The translations under genes and the position numbers were made by a program. From NCBI GenBank assembly GCA_964016885.1, contig OZ024743.1, positions 250,914,001 through 250,978,000 of the forward strand: DNA of 64,000 nt, written 5' to 3'. Positions 30,219 through 42,569 of the stretch are shown piece by piece. Each line of letters starts with the position of its first letter. Position 1 is the first letter of the stretch. Source of the DNA: Eledone cirrhosa (lineage: Eukaryota). Below the pieces are notes generated by a model. It saw only the letters and a list, made by a program, of their open reading frames with translations. It was not told the origin of the DNA and searched no databases.

Positions 30219-30906
30219 CATCATCATCATCATCATCAACGTTTAACGTCCGTGTTCCACGCTTGCATGGGTTTGGACGGGGGTTTTCCCACTTGATGCA
30301 AAAGTGATTGTCTTGCTCGCATAGGACTGTCTGGCAGGTTTTCTACAGTTGGATGCCCTTCCTAACACCAACCACATTTACAGTGTGGGTCTGGGAGGTT
30401 TTTACCGTGTTGCCTACACGGCCACATTACAGCGTGGACTGTGTGTTTTTTTGTCGTGACACCTACACGATCTCATTTGTTTCGGCCTGGATGGTGTGGC
30501 ACCAACATAACTTTACATAGAAGGGGGGCGGTGTGGATGGGTGGGGGTGGTGGGACGGGGGTGTATTTTGTTAGAGATGCCTACTGGCTGTAGTAGGTTT
30601 TACTTTGTATTTAGGTAAGGCGGGTCTTCTCTATTACTGAGTACCGCCAAAGGTCTCGGTCCAATGACATTGTCTTGCTGAGGTGTAAGTGTGTGAGGTC
30701 GGAGTTTATCAGCTCGTCCCGGGTTTTTCTGGGTCTGCCTATTCCGTGGCTACCGTCTATCTTTATTGCCCTGCACTTTGTTATACAGCTATCGTCCTTC
30801 ATGCGCATCACGTGACCATACCAACGTAGCCTTCTCTCTAGTAAACAACATCTGATCCCTCTTATTTCTAATTTTTTCCTTAGTTCGTTTATGCTTTGTC
30901 GTTCAC

Positions 30907-30908
<2 letters not shown>
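30218..30908 (-). mobile_element. RTE-2 LINE 3' fragment
   Basis: RERQSINELRKKLEIRGIRCCLLERRLRWYGHVMR...GRPRKT...DRDLWRYSVIEKTRL; (GAT)n tail. Confidence 0.9.
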
Positions 30909-30971
<63 letters not shown>

Positions 30972-31344
30972 CGTGTGTGTACAGTGACAATGATGATGGT
31001 GATGCTGATAATGATGATTATAATAATGCTGATTATGATAGTGACAATGATGAGACTAAGTGTATTTGTGAAGTAAAACGGAATGCTGATTTGTGAAAGC
31101 AACTTCTAGGATTGTGTTTTATATTAAGTCACACCTGAGCTATATATGACACCTTCCTACTAAATTAGACAGCAGACTTTTGAGAGGTTCTCAGGTGAGA
31201 ACCGTAAATATATTGTGGTTGATTACATTTTCATAAAAAGTCTTTTGATAGGTTTAACAACAGAAAAATGTACACACATACGCATAAAGACACATACACA
31301 CACCAAACAAATAGACACATACATGAATACATATTAATAACATT

Positions 31345-31655
31345 TGACACTTGTGGTGGATGTGACAGGCATTGTCATTGTTGTTGTTCTGGTGGTAGTT
31401 GTAGTGATGGTGATGGTGGTAGTGGTACTGGTGGTGGTCGTGGTCATAGTCATGGTGGTATTAGAAACAGTGATGGTGGTGGTGGTGGTGGTAGTGGTGG
31501 TAGTGATGGTGATGGTGATGGTGGTAGTGGTAGTGGTGGTGGTCATGGTCGTGGCCAAGGTGGTATTAGAAACAGTGGTGGTGGTGGTGATGGTGATGGT
31601 GATGGTGATGGTGGTAGTGGTTGTCGTCGTGATTGTGGTGGTTGTGGTTGTGTTG
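31345..31655. repeat. (GGT/GAT)n low-complexity tract with internal duplication
   Basis: GGTGGTATTAGAAACAGTG occurs twice. Confidence 0.85.
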
Positions 31656-33070
31656 GAGATTTTTTCAAATGTGTGTTCCAAAGATCAGCAAAGTTTTGTA
31701 AAAATATTCTTGAGTTCTACGAGACAATATATATTTGAATAAATTCTCTCAATAAAATATTGTTGTGCTATTTAACCACTTTGATACCAAACCACTTGAA
31801 ACCAGCTCTGGTTCTATGATGAAAGACTTTTATCTAAATTTTTATACCATAATTTTAAGAACCTTTGAAAATTATGGGCAGTGATTTTTATTAGGTATAT
31901 GGTATCAAAAGTGTGAACTCTTTTGAATTCAACAAGCTTGAAACAGTTCTAGTTTTATGATACAAAACTGCTCATTTTAATATAGTCATACTTGGAATAA
32001 AACCTTACATCATAATTTTATTTAAGAAATTTTTGTTAAGTATTTTTTCAAACATCAACTTACTAAATATAATGTTAGTTATCTCATTAAAGTCTTCAAA
32101 TTTTAAAATTTAATTGATATATGTAGGCCGTGTAGAAATATGGCAATGAAAAACCTTAATGTAAATTTGTTTATCTAAAAACATTCCCTCATAATTTTAT
32201 GTAAGAACCTTTATGAAGTTATGTTCTAACTACCAGCTTAATAAGGAGAAAGTTTGTTATATTACTATGTTCCTCTAAATTATTGATTATTTTCAAAACT
32301 ATTTGAAAATCATAGGAAGTGTCTTTCCTTAGAGATATGATGAGTAACTGGTTAAAGTGTTTATTTTATGTAAGTACCTTAATTATGTTCCAAGCATCAG
32401 CTAAATAATGAGAAAGTTAATTATATTACTAAATCTTTTGAAATTCTTGATTATTTTCAAAATTATTTGATAGTCATAGGCAATGGATTTTATTAGAAAT
32501 AAAGTAACAAAAGGCTGTAGGGATCAGTCATGAAATATAAATGAGGTCTCCATGATTTTTCAGAGGAAATCATATAAGGGTTCTATGACAAAATAAACCT
32601 AGGGAACTACTGCTCTAGAAATACCTCAAGCGAATAGAAGGGTTAATTTTTTTCATAACTATTAAACTAATACATGAATTGCCTGATGAAATGGTAGCTT
32701 GGCTGAGTTGGAATTCATTATTAAGCAGCTATATGTATTTATCATGGCACTGGAATTTTCTTTGCACTAAGAACTGACTTTATTATTGTTCATACACATG
32801 GGAGTAATGAAATGGAGTGATTATGCAGCCTGACTAACGTTGTCTGATAGATCGGGGGTATTCAGCTAATTATCATATGCAAATATGTAATTCTCAAGAC
32901 AATTGGAGAGATGTTGGGAAAGATGGAGGGTGTGAGGGAGAGAGAGGTAGAGAGTTGAAGAAGGAAGATGGAGAGAGAGGAAGAAGAGTGTAGATGATGA
33001 ACAATGAAATAAATGAAAAAACAATAATAATAGTAATAATAATAGTAATAATAATAATAATATTATTATT

Positions 33071-36000
33071 TTTGGGGCCCTTTCTGCCCGTGTGTTTGTT
33101 TGTTTATGTGTGTCCGTATACAGCGTGGTGATAATGCCACACAAGGGCCAAGTGGGATGGCGGATCCACAGATGGCTATGTAAACATACATTCGCCAATC
33201 CTCGATAAGAGTGTTTAAATATCGAACATAAACAGTTCGAATAACGGTGAAATGGAGACTAGAACGTCATGTGACAGACTCTCACCCAACAGGTGCCCCC
33301 TGGCTCAGCAGCAGGAACCTGACTGTCAACGAAATACTGCTGATGTTGGAGGAAGAAGAAGAAGGAAAGGGGCCAGAACCAACTGGACGAAAGAATTGAA
33401 TAGAACTGTTATGCAATGCTACCTGAAAAGTAACCCCAAGGAGAGGGGCTACAGGAGACGGATGCATAACATCTGGAACGAGATTGGTTTATTTAAATTA
33501 GATGAACAAAAATTGGCCGGGCAGGCTCGGGTAATAAGAACTAATGGGTGGATAAGCGAGCTGGAACTGGAGGAACTGAGCAGAGAGAATGGCTTGGAGA
33601 TGGCGGGTGTAGTATGCCAGACAAGCGAGCCGGCGGGAAATGAAGGTGAGGAGGTCCTGAGAGCGGAGGAACCACCCGAAGCAGACAATGATCTGAATAC
33701 TGAGATAAATAATACCTGGAACAGAGATACGGCCACTGAGGAGATGAATGCTGACGGGCTAGGACAAGATTCGGTTGACATCCTAAATTTAGTGGTAGAT
33801 GAGTTGAACAATGATAGTGGGAGACCTATGAACCTAAGATTTGTAGACAGGAAAAAGTTAAAAGAAACAACAGCTAAGGTAAACAAAGTCATCCCATACC
33901 TTGAGGCGAGGAGTCTTCACCAGTGCAACAATATCCTCAAAGCAACAGCAAATACGGTGAGGAAACTACTTGGTATAAAAGCGAGAGGAAACAACAGACA
34001 AGAAAGAGCAGAGCCGTGGTGGAAGAAGCGACTGAGTGGGCAAATCGGGGAAATGAGAAATGACATAGGAAAGCTTGAGTCACTACTGAATGGGACACTA
34101 AAAAACATAGGCACTAAAAATAGACTGGAAATAAAATACAAAACTAGGAGTAAAAAGCTAAATATTATCATAGAGGAATTGAAGCAACGCATTGTAGCAA
34201 AGAGTGCCAGAATCAGGCGATACGAGAACAGAGTCAGTCAGTATAAACAGAACCGCATGTTCGACAACAACCAGAAGATGCTGTTTGGACAGCTTGAGGG
34301 GAAAGAAAGAGGCACCGACTTGATCCCTGGGGCGGAACAAGCTAAAACATTCTGGAGAGGAATATGGGAGCAGGATGTTAGACACAATGCCCAGGCAGGG
34401 TGGATTGAGACAGTACAGAGGGAGATCGGTGAGCAGGCACAGCAACAGACTGATTTGAGTATCACAGTTGAAACTCTTAAGGGGCAAGCCAAAAAACTAA
34501 CCAACTGGAAATCACCAGGCCCAGATGGTGTGCAGGGGTATTGGATTAAACATTTAACATCCCTCCACCCGAAGCTGACGGCCATGTTCAATGACTGCTT
34601 GGTGTCGGGTGAGGTGCCAGAGTGGTTGACAAAAGGTACCACAGTTCTGATAATGAAAGACCGAATCAAGGGTAATGATGTTACCAACTATAGACCTATC
34701 ACATGTCTGCCCGTAATGTGGAAACTGTTGACGAGCATTGTGTCTGAGGAAATCTACCATCACCTCCACACAAACAACTTGTTGCCGGACGAACAGAAAG
34801 GATGCCGAAAGAAGTCACGTGGTACAAAGGACCAGTTGCTTATTGATAAGATGGTAATGGGGAATTGCAGGAGGAGACACACTGATCTTGCCATGGGATG
34901 GATAGACTACAGAAAGGCATTTGACATGGTGCCTCATTCCTGGATCACCAAAAGCCTGGAGATCTTCAGGGTGGCAGATAACATCAGACAGTTGCTGGGC
35001 AGGAGTATGGGGTCCTGGGAGACAGAGTTGACATCAACTGGAGTATCCTTGGGAAGCGTGAAGATCAAGAGAGGTATCTTCCAGGGAGATAGCCTGTCCC
35101 CTCTGTTGTTTGTCCTTGCCCTGATGCCCTTGACCATTATGCTGCGAAAAGTGAGAGCAGGATACAAGTTGGGAAGGGGAGAGCTTACCATCAATCACCT
35201 CCTCTTCATGGACGATCTTAAGCTCTTCGGGAAAAGTGAGAAGGAGTTGGATGTGCTTGTTGACACTGTCCGTATTTTCAGCAGTGATATATGTATGCAG
35301 TTTGGTATTGGTAAATGTGGAGTCATTGTGATGAGGAGGGGTAGGTTGAGCAGAAGTAACGGGATCCAGATACCAACAGGTGAGATGATAAAGGAAATTG
35401 ACTCTGAGGAAGGATACAAGTATTTGGGCGTTCTGGAGGCTGATGGCATAAAGAACAAAAAAATGAAGGAATTGTTAAGAACTGAATACATTCGGAGAGT
35501 AAGGAGCGTATTGAAGTCACATCTGAACAGCTCGGGAATTTACTGCCATAAGCGCAGTAAATTCCCGAGCTGTGTCTATTATTAGGTACAGTGTGGGAAT
35601 TCTGAGATGGAATGTTGCTGAACAAAAAGAAATGGATAGGAAGACTAGGAAGCTATTGACTATCTACAACATGTTCCACAAGAGGAGTGATGTCGATAGA
35701 CTCTACCTAAGGAGATCTGAGGGTGGAAGAGGTCTTATCAGCATAGAGGACTGTGTTCAGATGGAGAAAAACAACCTATACAAATACGTGACCTATAGTA
35801 AGGAGCCAATGCTCAGAGCTGTACTGAAGGAGGGGACAGTAGGCCAGGGGATACCCAAGGAGGAAATAACATCAAGGAGGAAGAGCAGCCTTAAGGGAAA
35901 ATCCCTTCATAGTACCTTCTTTGAGAAAACTGAATTTAGAGATCCACAGACATGGAACTGGTTGAGAAGAGGAGACCTCAAAAAGGCTACAGAAGGAATG

Positions 36001-36750
36001 CTAATGGCTGCGCAGGAGCAGGCCCTCAAAACGAAGTGGTTGAAGCACCATATCTACAAGGAGGAGGCTAGCCCACTGTGCAGGATCTGTGGAGAGAGAG
36101 AGGAGACTGTGGCTCACATTGTGTCCGAGTGTAAACACCTAGCCCAGACCCACTATAAGGGCTGGAGACACGATGTGATGGGCAGGGTGATCCACTGGCA
36201 CCTGTGCAAAGTAAACAATCTACCACATTCTGAGAAATGGTATGAGCATAGGCCAGAGGCGGTGATGGAGAACAGTCAGGTGAAGGTGCTGTGGGATTTT
36301 AGGATACAGACGGACAAAAAACTGGAACACAATAGACCTGACCTGGTGGTTGTGGACAAAGAAAAAAGATCGTGCCTGATTGTGGATGTGGCCTGCCCGT
36401 TCGACACGAGAGTGCAAGAGAAGGAGAGGGAAAAAATTAACCGATACCAGGACCTAAAGTGGGAGGTGAAAAGGATTTGGAACTGCCATGAAGTCAAAGT
36501 GATCCCGATTGTCATAGGCGCACTGGGGACTATCTCCAAAGGTTTCCAGGGATGGTTAAAGAAAATCGGCCCCTTCACGCTTTTTGGAACGCTTCAAAAG
36601 GCATGCTTGCTTGGAACGGCAAGAACCCTCCGATACGTCCTGAATATCTGAGGCTGCAGGTAGTGGCTTGATATTCAATCCAACGGACTTTCCAGTTAAC
36701 CAACATCAATGACTGAGATTCAAGGAATAACAATAACAATAATAATAATA
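33071..36750 (+). mobile_element. Near full-length R4/Dong-clade RLE non-LTR retrotransposon (family A)
   Basis: 5'UTR, single long ORF broken once, short 3'UTR, (AAT)n on both sides. Confidence 0.93.
33252..36651 (+). pseudogene. R4/Dong polyprotein (N-terminal domain, RT, CCHC knuckle, restriction-like endonuclease) with one frameshift near 35530-35550
   Basis: NYRPITCL, WIDYRKAFDMVPH, GIFQGDSLSPLLF, HLLFMDDLKL, YKYLG, CRICGEREETVAHIVSEC, RHD, RPDLVVVD...IVDVACP. Confidence 0.93.
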
Positions 36751-36771
36751 TTAATAATAATAAGGACAATA

Positions 36772-39421
36772 ATATGTTCAAAAACAACCAAAGAAACTTC
36801 TACAGAAAAATTGGTAAGTCAACAATAACTGCTAAATCAATACCACCCAAGGAAGATGTGCAAGAATTCTGGGAAAAGATCTGGGCCGAAGAAAAAGTTC
36901 ATAATATACATGCCCCATGGATAGACAGACAAATGAAAGATACAGCTCACCTTGAGGAACAAATATGGGAAAATATAACAGTTGAACAGTTGCATTTGGC
37001 TCTTAGAAAAACCGGCAAATGGAAATCCCCAGGAAAAGACAAAATACAAAATTTTTGGATAAATGCCTTCACAGAGTCTCATGAGCTGTTAGCCCAACCT
37101 TACAATGAAATAGTTAAGGAGCCAGAAAAGATACCATCATGGCATTACATTCCTGCTTCCGAAGAATGATGAGACAAACAATCCCCAAAATTACAGACCG
37201 ATAACTTGCTTGACCACAATGTATAAAATTTTAACATCAGTCCTAACTGAATATACATATGACCATCTGATAACAAATGACCTATTTCCCATTGAGCAGA
37301 AAGGGTGTAAACGAGGCTCATATGGCTGTAAGGATCAGTTTTTGGTTAACAAAATGATACTGGAAGATTGTCATAATAGACACAAAAATCTGTCGATTGC
37401 TTGGATAGATTATAAAAAAGCATTCGATAGTTTGCCACACAGTTGGATTGAAAAATGTTTAGAGATTTTCAAAATATCTCCCGTTGTCAGGAGGTTTTTG
37501 TCATTTAGTATGAAGACATGGAAAACGACACTCCTTTTGAATAGTGAAACAAAATCACTGGAAGCTGGAGAAGTTAATATTAATTGTGGAATTTTTCAGG
37601 GTGACTCTTTATCACCGCTTTTATTCTGCATCGCACTTATACCATTAAGTAAAATGCTCAATGAAACAAAACATGGATATAAAGTCTATGAAAAAACCAT
37701 TAATCACTTGTTCTACATGGATGACCTGAAACTATTTGCAAAAAATGATGAACAATTGCAAGGGCTATTATCCACTGTGGAGCAGTTCAGTGATGACATT
37801 AAAATGGAGTTTGGACTAGATAAATGCGCCAAAGCAACGTTCACCAGAGGAAAGATGCTGAAAAGTTCAGACATTAATCTTGATCGGGGGAATGTGATAA
37901 GAGAACTTGATCAAGAGGAAACTTACAAATATCTAGGTGTTTGTGAAGGAGACGGAATCAAGCACTCGACAATGAGGGAAAGGATAAGGAAGGAATGTTA
38001 CCGCAGAGTAAAAGCAATCTTAAGAACGGAATTGAATGCAAGGAATAGGATCGATGCCATAAACACGCTTGCCATACCAGTAGTAACATACAGTTACACT
38101 GTCATCAACTGGTCAAGCACAGAGATCCGTAGGCTCGATACAAAAATTAGAAAATTCTTAACCATGCACAGAATGCATCACCCTAAGGCAGATACAGATA
38201 GCATATATCTCCCTCGGAAAGAAGGAGGACGTGGGTTAATCCAGTTAGATATTGCGTTGAAAACTGCAACAATTGGATTATCTACATATCTAAGGGAATC
38301 ACATGATTGGATGATCAAACTCGTTTTGAAACACGAAAGCTTCAAAAGATCATACTCCATTACAAAAGTTGCACAAAGATACAGTAATGGACTACAAATT
38401 TCAGAAGTCCAATTTACTGCTGAAATGGAAAACACAGAAAAAGCAAAGCAGGTAAAAGTAACTGCAAAGAAAGAACTGCTACAGAAACTGGCTAAGAAAT
38501 GGCAAGAAAAGCCTCTGTATGGAAAATATCCAGAACGAGCAAACAATCCTGATGTTGACAAAACTTTAACCCATCAGTGGTTGGCATCCTCTGGATTGAA
38601 ATCGGAGACTGAAGGACTGATTATATCAGCACAAGATCAGTGTCTGCCAACAAAAAATTACCAAGCCAACATAATAAAAAATGGATGCAGCCCATTATGC
38701 CGTGTATGTAAAAAACAACCAGAGACCATTGATCATATAATTTCAATGTGCAGTCCTATAGCTCCAACCGAATACCTAAACAGGCATGACAGAGTTGCAC
38801 AATACATACATTGGATAATGTGTAAGCATTTTGAGCTGCCCCATCAAAAGAATTGGTGAGAGCATCAACCACCTCCCATACTTGAAAAATATTACATCTC
38901 AATCTTTGTGGCACTTTAGCATCCAAACAGACCGAAAAATAGATGCAAATAGACCTGATATAACACTGAAGGACTTTAAAAAGAGGATATGCCTGCTAAT
39001 TGAAAATGTCCGTTCCAATAGACAAGAATGTATCTATAAAAACATTTGAAAAATTGAGCAAGAGATAGAAATTGGAAAAATGTGGAAATTGAGAACTAAA
39101 ACAATACCAGTGGTTGTAGGCGCTCTAGGAATGATACCTAAGGGGTCTAATGATTACTTATCGCAAATCCCAGGAAACCCACGTATAGTAGAAATACAAA
39201 AGATAGTACTAATAGGAACTGCCCATATACTAAGGAAGATTCTGTCAATATAAGTACATCACAAGTCTAAACACCTAAAGATCCATGTGTGAGTATGTAT
39301 GTTCTTTCTTGAACATGGCAGACCTTGTTGTCTCTTGAGGTCACTGGTTGTGACTTGGTGATAACTCGTATGAACATAAAGCAAGATAAATGCAGCTGTA
39401 ATAATAATAATAATAATAATA
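36772..39421 (+). mobile_element. 5'-truncated R4/Dong-clade element (family B) with several frameshifts and a stop
   Basis: ORFs 36774-37169 and 37210-38859: WIDYKKAFDSLPH, HLFYMDDLKL, CRVCKKQPETIDHIISMC, RHD, NRPDI; ends ...TAHILRKILSI*; (AAT)n tail. Confidence 0.92.
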
Positions 39422-39802
39422 ATCGTGCCTGATTGTGGATGTGGCCTGCCCATCCGACATGAGAGTTCAAGAGAAAGAGAGGGAGAAAATTAACCGATAC
39501 CAGGACTTAAAGTGGGAGGTAAAAAGGATTTGGAACTGCTATGAAGTCAAAGTGGTCCCGATTGTCATAGGTGCACTAGGTACTATCTCAAGGAGTTTCC
39601 AGGGATGGTTAAAGAAGATTAGTCCAACCCCGCTTTTTGGAACACTTCAAAAGGCATGCTTGCTGGGAACAGCAAGAACCCTCCGATATGTCCTGAATAT
39701 CTGAGGCTGCAGGTAGCAGCTTGATATTCATTTCAACAAACTTTCCAGTTAAATAACATCAATGACTGAGACTCAAAGAACAATAATAATAATAATAATA
39801 AT
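39422..39802 (+). mobile_element. Short 3' fragment of R4 family A
   Basis: Highly similar to 36369-36750 (DVACP...GTARTLRYVLNI* plus 3'UTR). Confidence 0.92.
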
Positions 39803-40260
39803 GATTTCTTCATTGGCCACAAGGGCTGACATCAAGAAAAACATTACAGACAACACAGGACGGTACAGGACGGTACGATGTGGGTTTTGTGCGTGTAAAG
39901 ATTTTTATCATTTATATAATAAAATAAAATAAAAGACATAGAAACATATATATATATAAAGAATAAAAATGAAAATTGAAACAATGAAAAATTCCCTAAT
40001 AGGGGGGAAACCTCCGAGGGTTACTCGTGGTGAAAACCATACAAAAGACCATGGCCACCCTGACCACCAGGGCAAGCGCCCTCTCTCAATTTTTCCATTT
40101 CTCAAACTACAGGCGTATATTCAGAGCGGTCCCGTTCACTCGGACCATTCTCGCTACATTCACCCACCTTTCAACAAACTCGCTAGAAGACAGCACTTGC
40201 CTCTCCACCCTGATTTTCCTCTTCAAGTGAAACTTGAAAAAGTTAATTAGGGATCGCCAT
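39803..40260 (-). mobile_element. 3' end of an L1/Tx1-like LINE inserted in (AAT)n
   Basis: Minus strand LINFFKFHLKRKIRVERQVLSSSEFVERW resembles Tx1/L1 ORF2 C-termini; UTR ends CCCTTGTGGCCAATGAAGAAATC(ATT)n. Confidence 0.6.
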
Positions 40261-40853
40261 AATAATAATAATAATAATAATAATTGTAATAATAACAAAG
40301 TAATACTTATTATTACTAACATCACCACCACCATCATTATCAACATCATCATTATCATCAACATCATCATTATCATCATCATCTTCAAAATCATTATCAT
40401 CACCATTATCAATAGTACAATAATTGTCTCCTGTTATGCTAAACAATACTAGTGTTTGCTATTATAGTTACATCCCACTAACACACATACATACCCTCAC
40501 ACATATAGAAACACACTCAAACATATTAGTAAAAAATTCACTCATTGATATAACTACTGCAAGGGTGATGAGGATGATGGCATTGGCAGCGATGGCAGCA
40601 CCAGTGATGGTGTTAGTTACATATGATGATGAGGAGGAGGCAGATGAGGAGAGATGCAGGAGTGGCGATGATGGTGGTTTGGGAGATGAGGGTATGGAGA
40701 TAATGATATTGATGGGTAATTATGATGATAAAGAAAATAATTAACAATTATGATAATATTTGATTTTCTATAAGAATGGAGCTGTTTAATTACAAACATT
40801 TTATTGCTAGTGGTCAACCTTATATTTATATATATATATGATAATGTTGATAA

Positions 40854-40896
<43 letters not shown>

Positions 40897-40983
40897 GTAG
40901 GAGGTGAGTTTTATTGTAGTACAATAAAGCAATGCAGATATCGGATAAGAAGCACTCTACAGTTTGTGGGACTGGAGTATGCA

Positions 40984-41301
40984 TAATATAAGATCAAAAG
41001 ATGGTTAAAGGAGTTCAATATATTTTATTATGCGCATTTCAAAAACAAACATCATCAAACAATAATATTTGTGTTTTCATCAGATAAAACAGGAGAACAT
41101 GATATGAAGGCTAAAAAAACACTTGTTGATAGTGCAGTTATTGTTGATTTAAAACTGCACTATCAACAAGTGTTTTTTTAGCCTTCATATCATGTTCTCC
41201 TGTTTTATCTGATGAAAACACAAATATTATTGTTTGATGATGTTTGTTTTTGAAATGCGCATAATAAAATATATTGAACTCCTTTAACCATCTTTTGATC
41301 T

Positions 41302-41308
<7 letters not shown>
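40984..41308. repeat. Apparently perfect fold-back: ~156-bp arms, 13-nt spacer
   Basis: 40984-41139 is the reverse complement of 41153-41308. Confidence 0.95.
41201..41271 (+). ncRNA. Type I hammerhead ribozyme (mirror copy on minus strand at 41021-41091)
   Basis: Stem I TGTTTTAT/ATAAAATA; CTGATGA; stem II CAAATATTAT/ATGATGTTTG; GAAAT-GCGC-ATA with palindromic loop. Confidence 0.78.
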
Positions 41309-41348
<40 letters not shown>

Positions 41349-41456
41349 GTGTAAAATGAGGTAAATATCTCTCTGAGTACTAAGTACCCATAGAGATATA
41401 TAGTGTGTCTATAATATAATTGGTGTTCAATGGTACTAATTCGAGATACCAGAACT

Positions 41457-41830
41457 ATACAAATTAAGAAGAGCTGAACAAACAAACATTAAACAATTCT
41501 TTAAAAAAATTTAAAAAATGATTTAAATATTTACCCATTCATAATGCTATTACCGGCAGTTTCCCTTTACAAAAGGTTAGAGATTCGAAGAATTACTCAT
41601 ACTAACTGGTAGTTGGCAATATATTTGCAGACTGTGGTATTAGTTCCTACTGTATGGAAATAGCTATCTGATGAACTTTACTTTTCTGTTAGAAATTCTC
41701 CGAATCTCTAACCTTTTGTAAAGCGAAACTGCTGGTAATAGCATTATGAACGGGTGAACATTTAAATCATTTTTTAAATTTTTTTAAAGAATTGTTTAAT
41801 GTTTGTTTGTTCTGCTCTTCTTAATTTATA
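41457..41830. repeat. Fold-back element, ~135-bp arms and ~100-bp spacer
   Basis: 41460-41594 versus 41694-41828. Confidence 0.9.
41663..41742 (+). ncRNA. Type I hammerhead ribozyme
   Basis: Stem I GCTAT/ATAGC; CTGATGA; stem II CTTTAC/GTAAAG; GAAAC-TGCTG-GTA. Confidence 0.72.
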
Positions 41831-41832
41831 TA

Positions 41833-41869
<37 letters not shown>

Positions 41870-42107
41870 ATTGAATTAGAACCTTTTCCACCATATATTT
41901 ATATATTTTGCCAATAGACAACATTCTAATAACAAGGTAGAATGACACTGAGTAGAAAAAATAATGCCCATTTTTTCCTATTTAATGGCCTAATATGGTC
42001 TGTTATTAAACTATTTTCTGTAGTCAAAATATACACCATAAAAGCTTCTAAATCAATTTTCAAATTTTACATGCCATCTTCTCAACACACACTAAACACA
42101 TATGTTT

Positions 42108-42145
<38 letters not shown>

Positions 42146-42151
<6 letters not shown>

Positions 42152-42332
42152 GAGATTCTAGAGGACTAGAACTGTTTCATTCGTGAGAAATCATCATGAT
42201 TCCTGATGATTTCTCACGAATGAAACAGTTCTAGTCCTGTAGAATCTCTTCTATATTAAAACTTTTATACTCTGCTATGTATTGAGTACCTTACTTACTG
42301 TGGTTACCTCCAATTCAACCCAGAATAACTTA

Positions 42333-42335
<3 letters not shown>
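42146..42335 (+). mobile_element. Short fold-back PLE-terminus element with hammerhead
   Basis: Arms 42146-42196 and 42204-42254; 3' end TTACTGTGGTTACCTCC-ATTCAACCC-GAATAACTTA also found inverted at 4200-4240; degenerate homolog at about 51110-51160. Confidence 0.8.
42198..42246 (+). ncRNA. Type I hammerhead ribozyme
   Basis: Stem I GATTC/GAATC; CTGATGA; stem II TTC/GAA; GAAACAG...CTGTA. Confidence 0.78.
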
Positions 42336-42390
<55 letters not shown>

Positions 42391-42569
42391 GTTCAAGAGT
42401 AACCAATCTTAAAGAGAGAGATGGAGATAGGAGAGGAGATAGGAGAGGAGAAGAGAGATTGGTGAATTAGTTAGAAGCCAAAGTGTAAAGGCATGTGCTC
42501 AATGTGCAATATGCAGTGGAAGGCAGCTAGGTGGCTGGGTTCATGCAGAAGTTAGGTGCACAGAGCTGG

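Noticed and set aside
32682-32700. Isolated CTGATGAAA
   Set aside because: No stem II, separate GAAA or stem I partner; chance match
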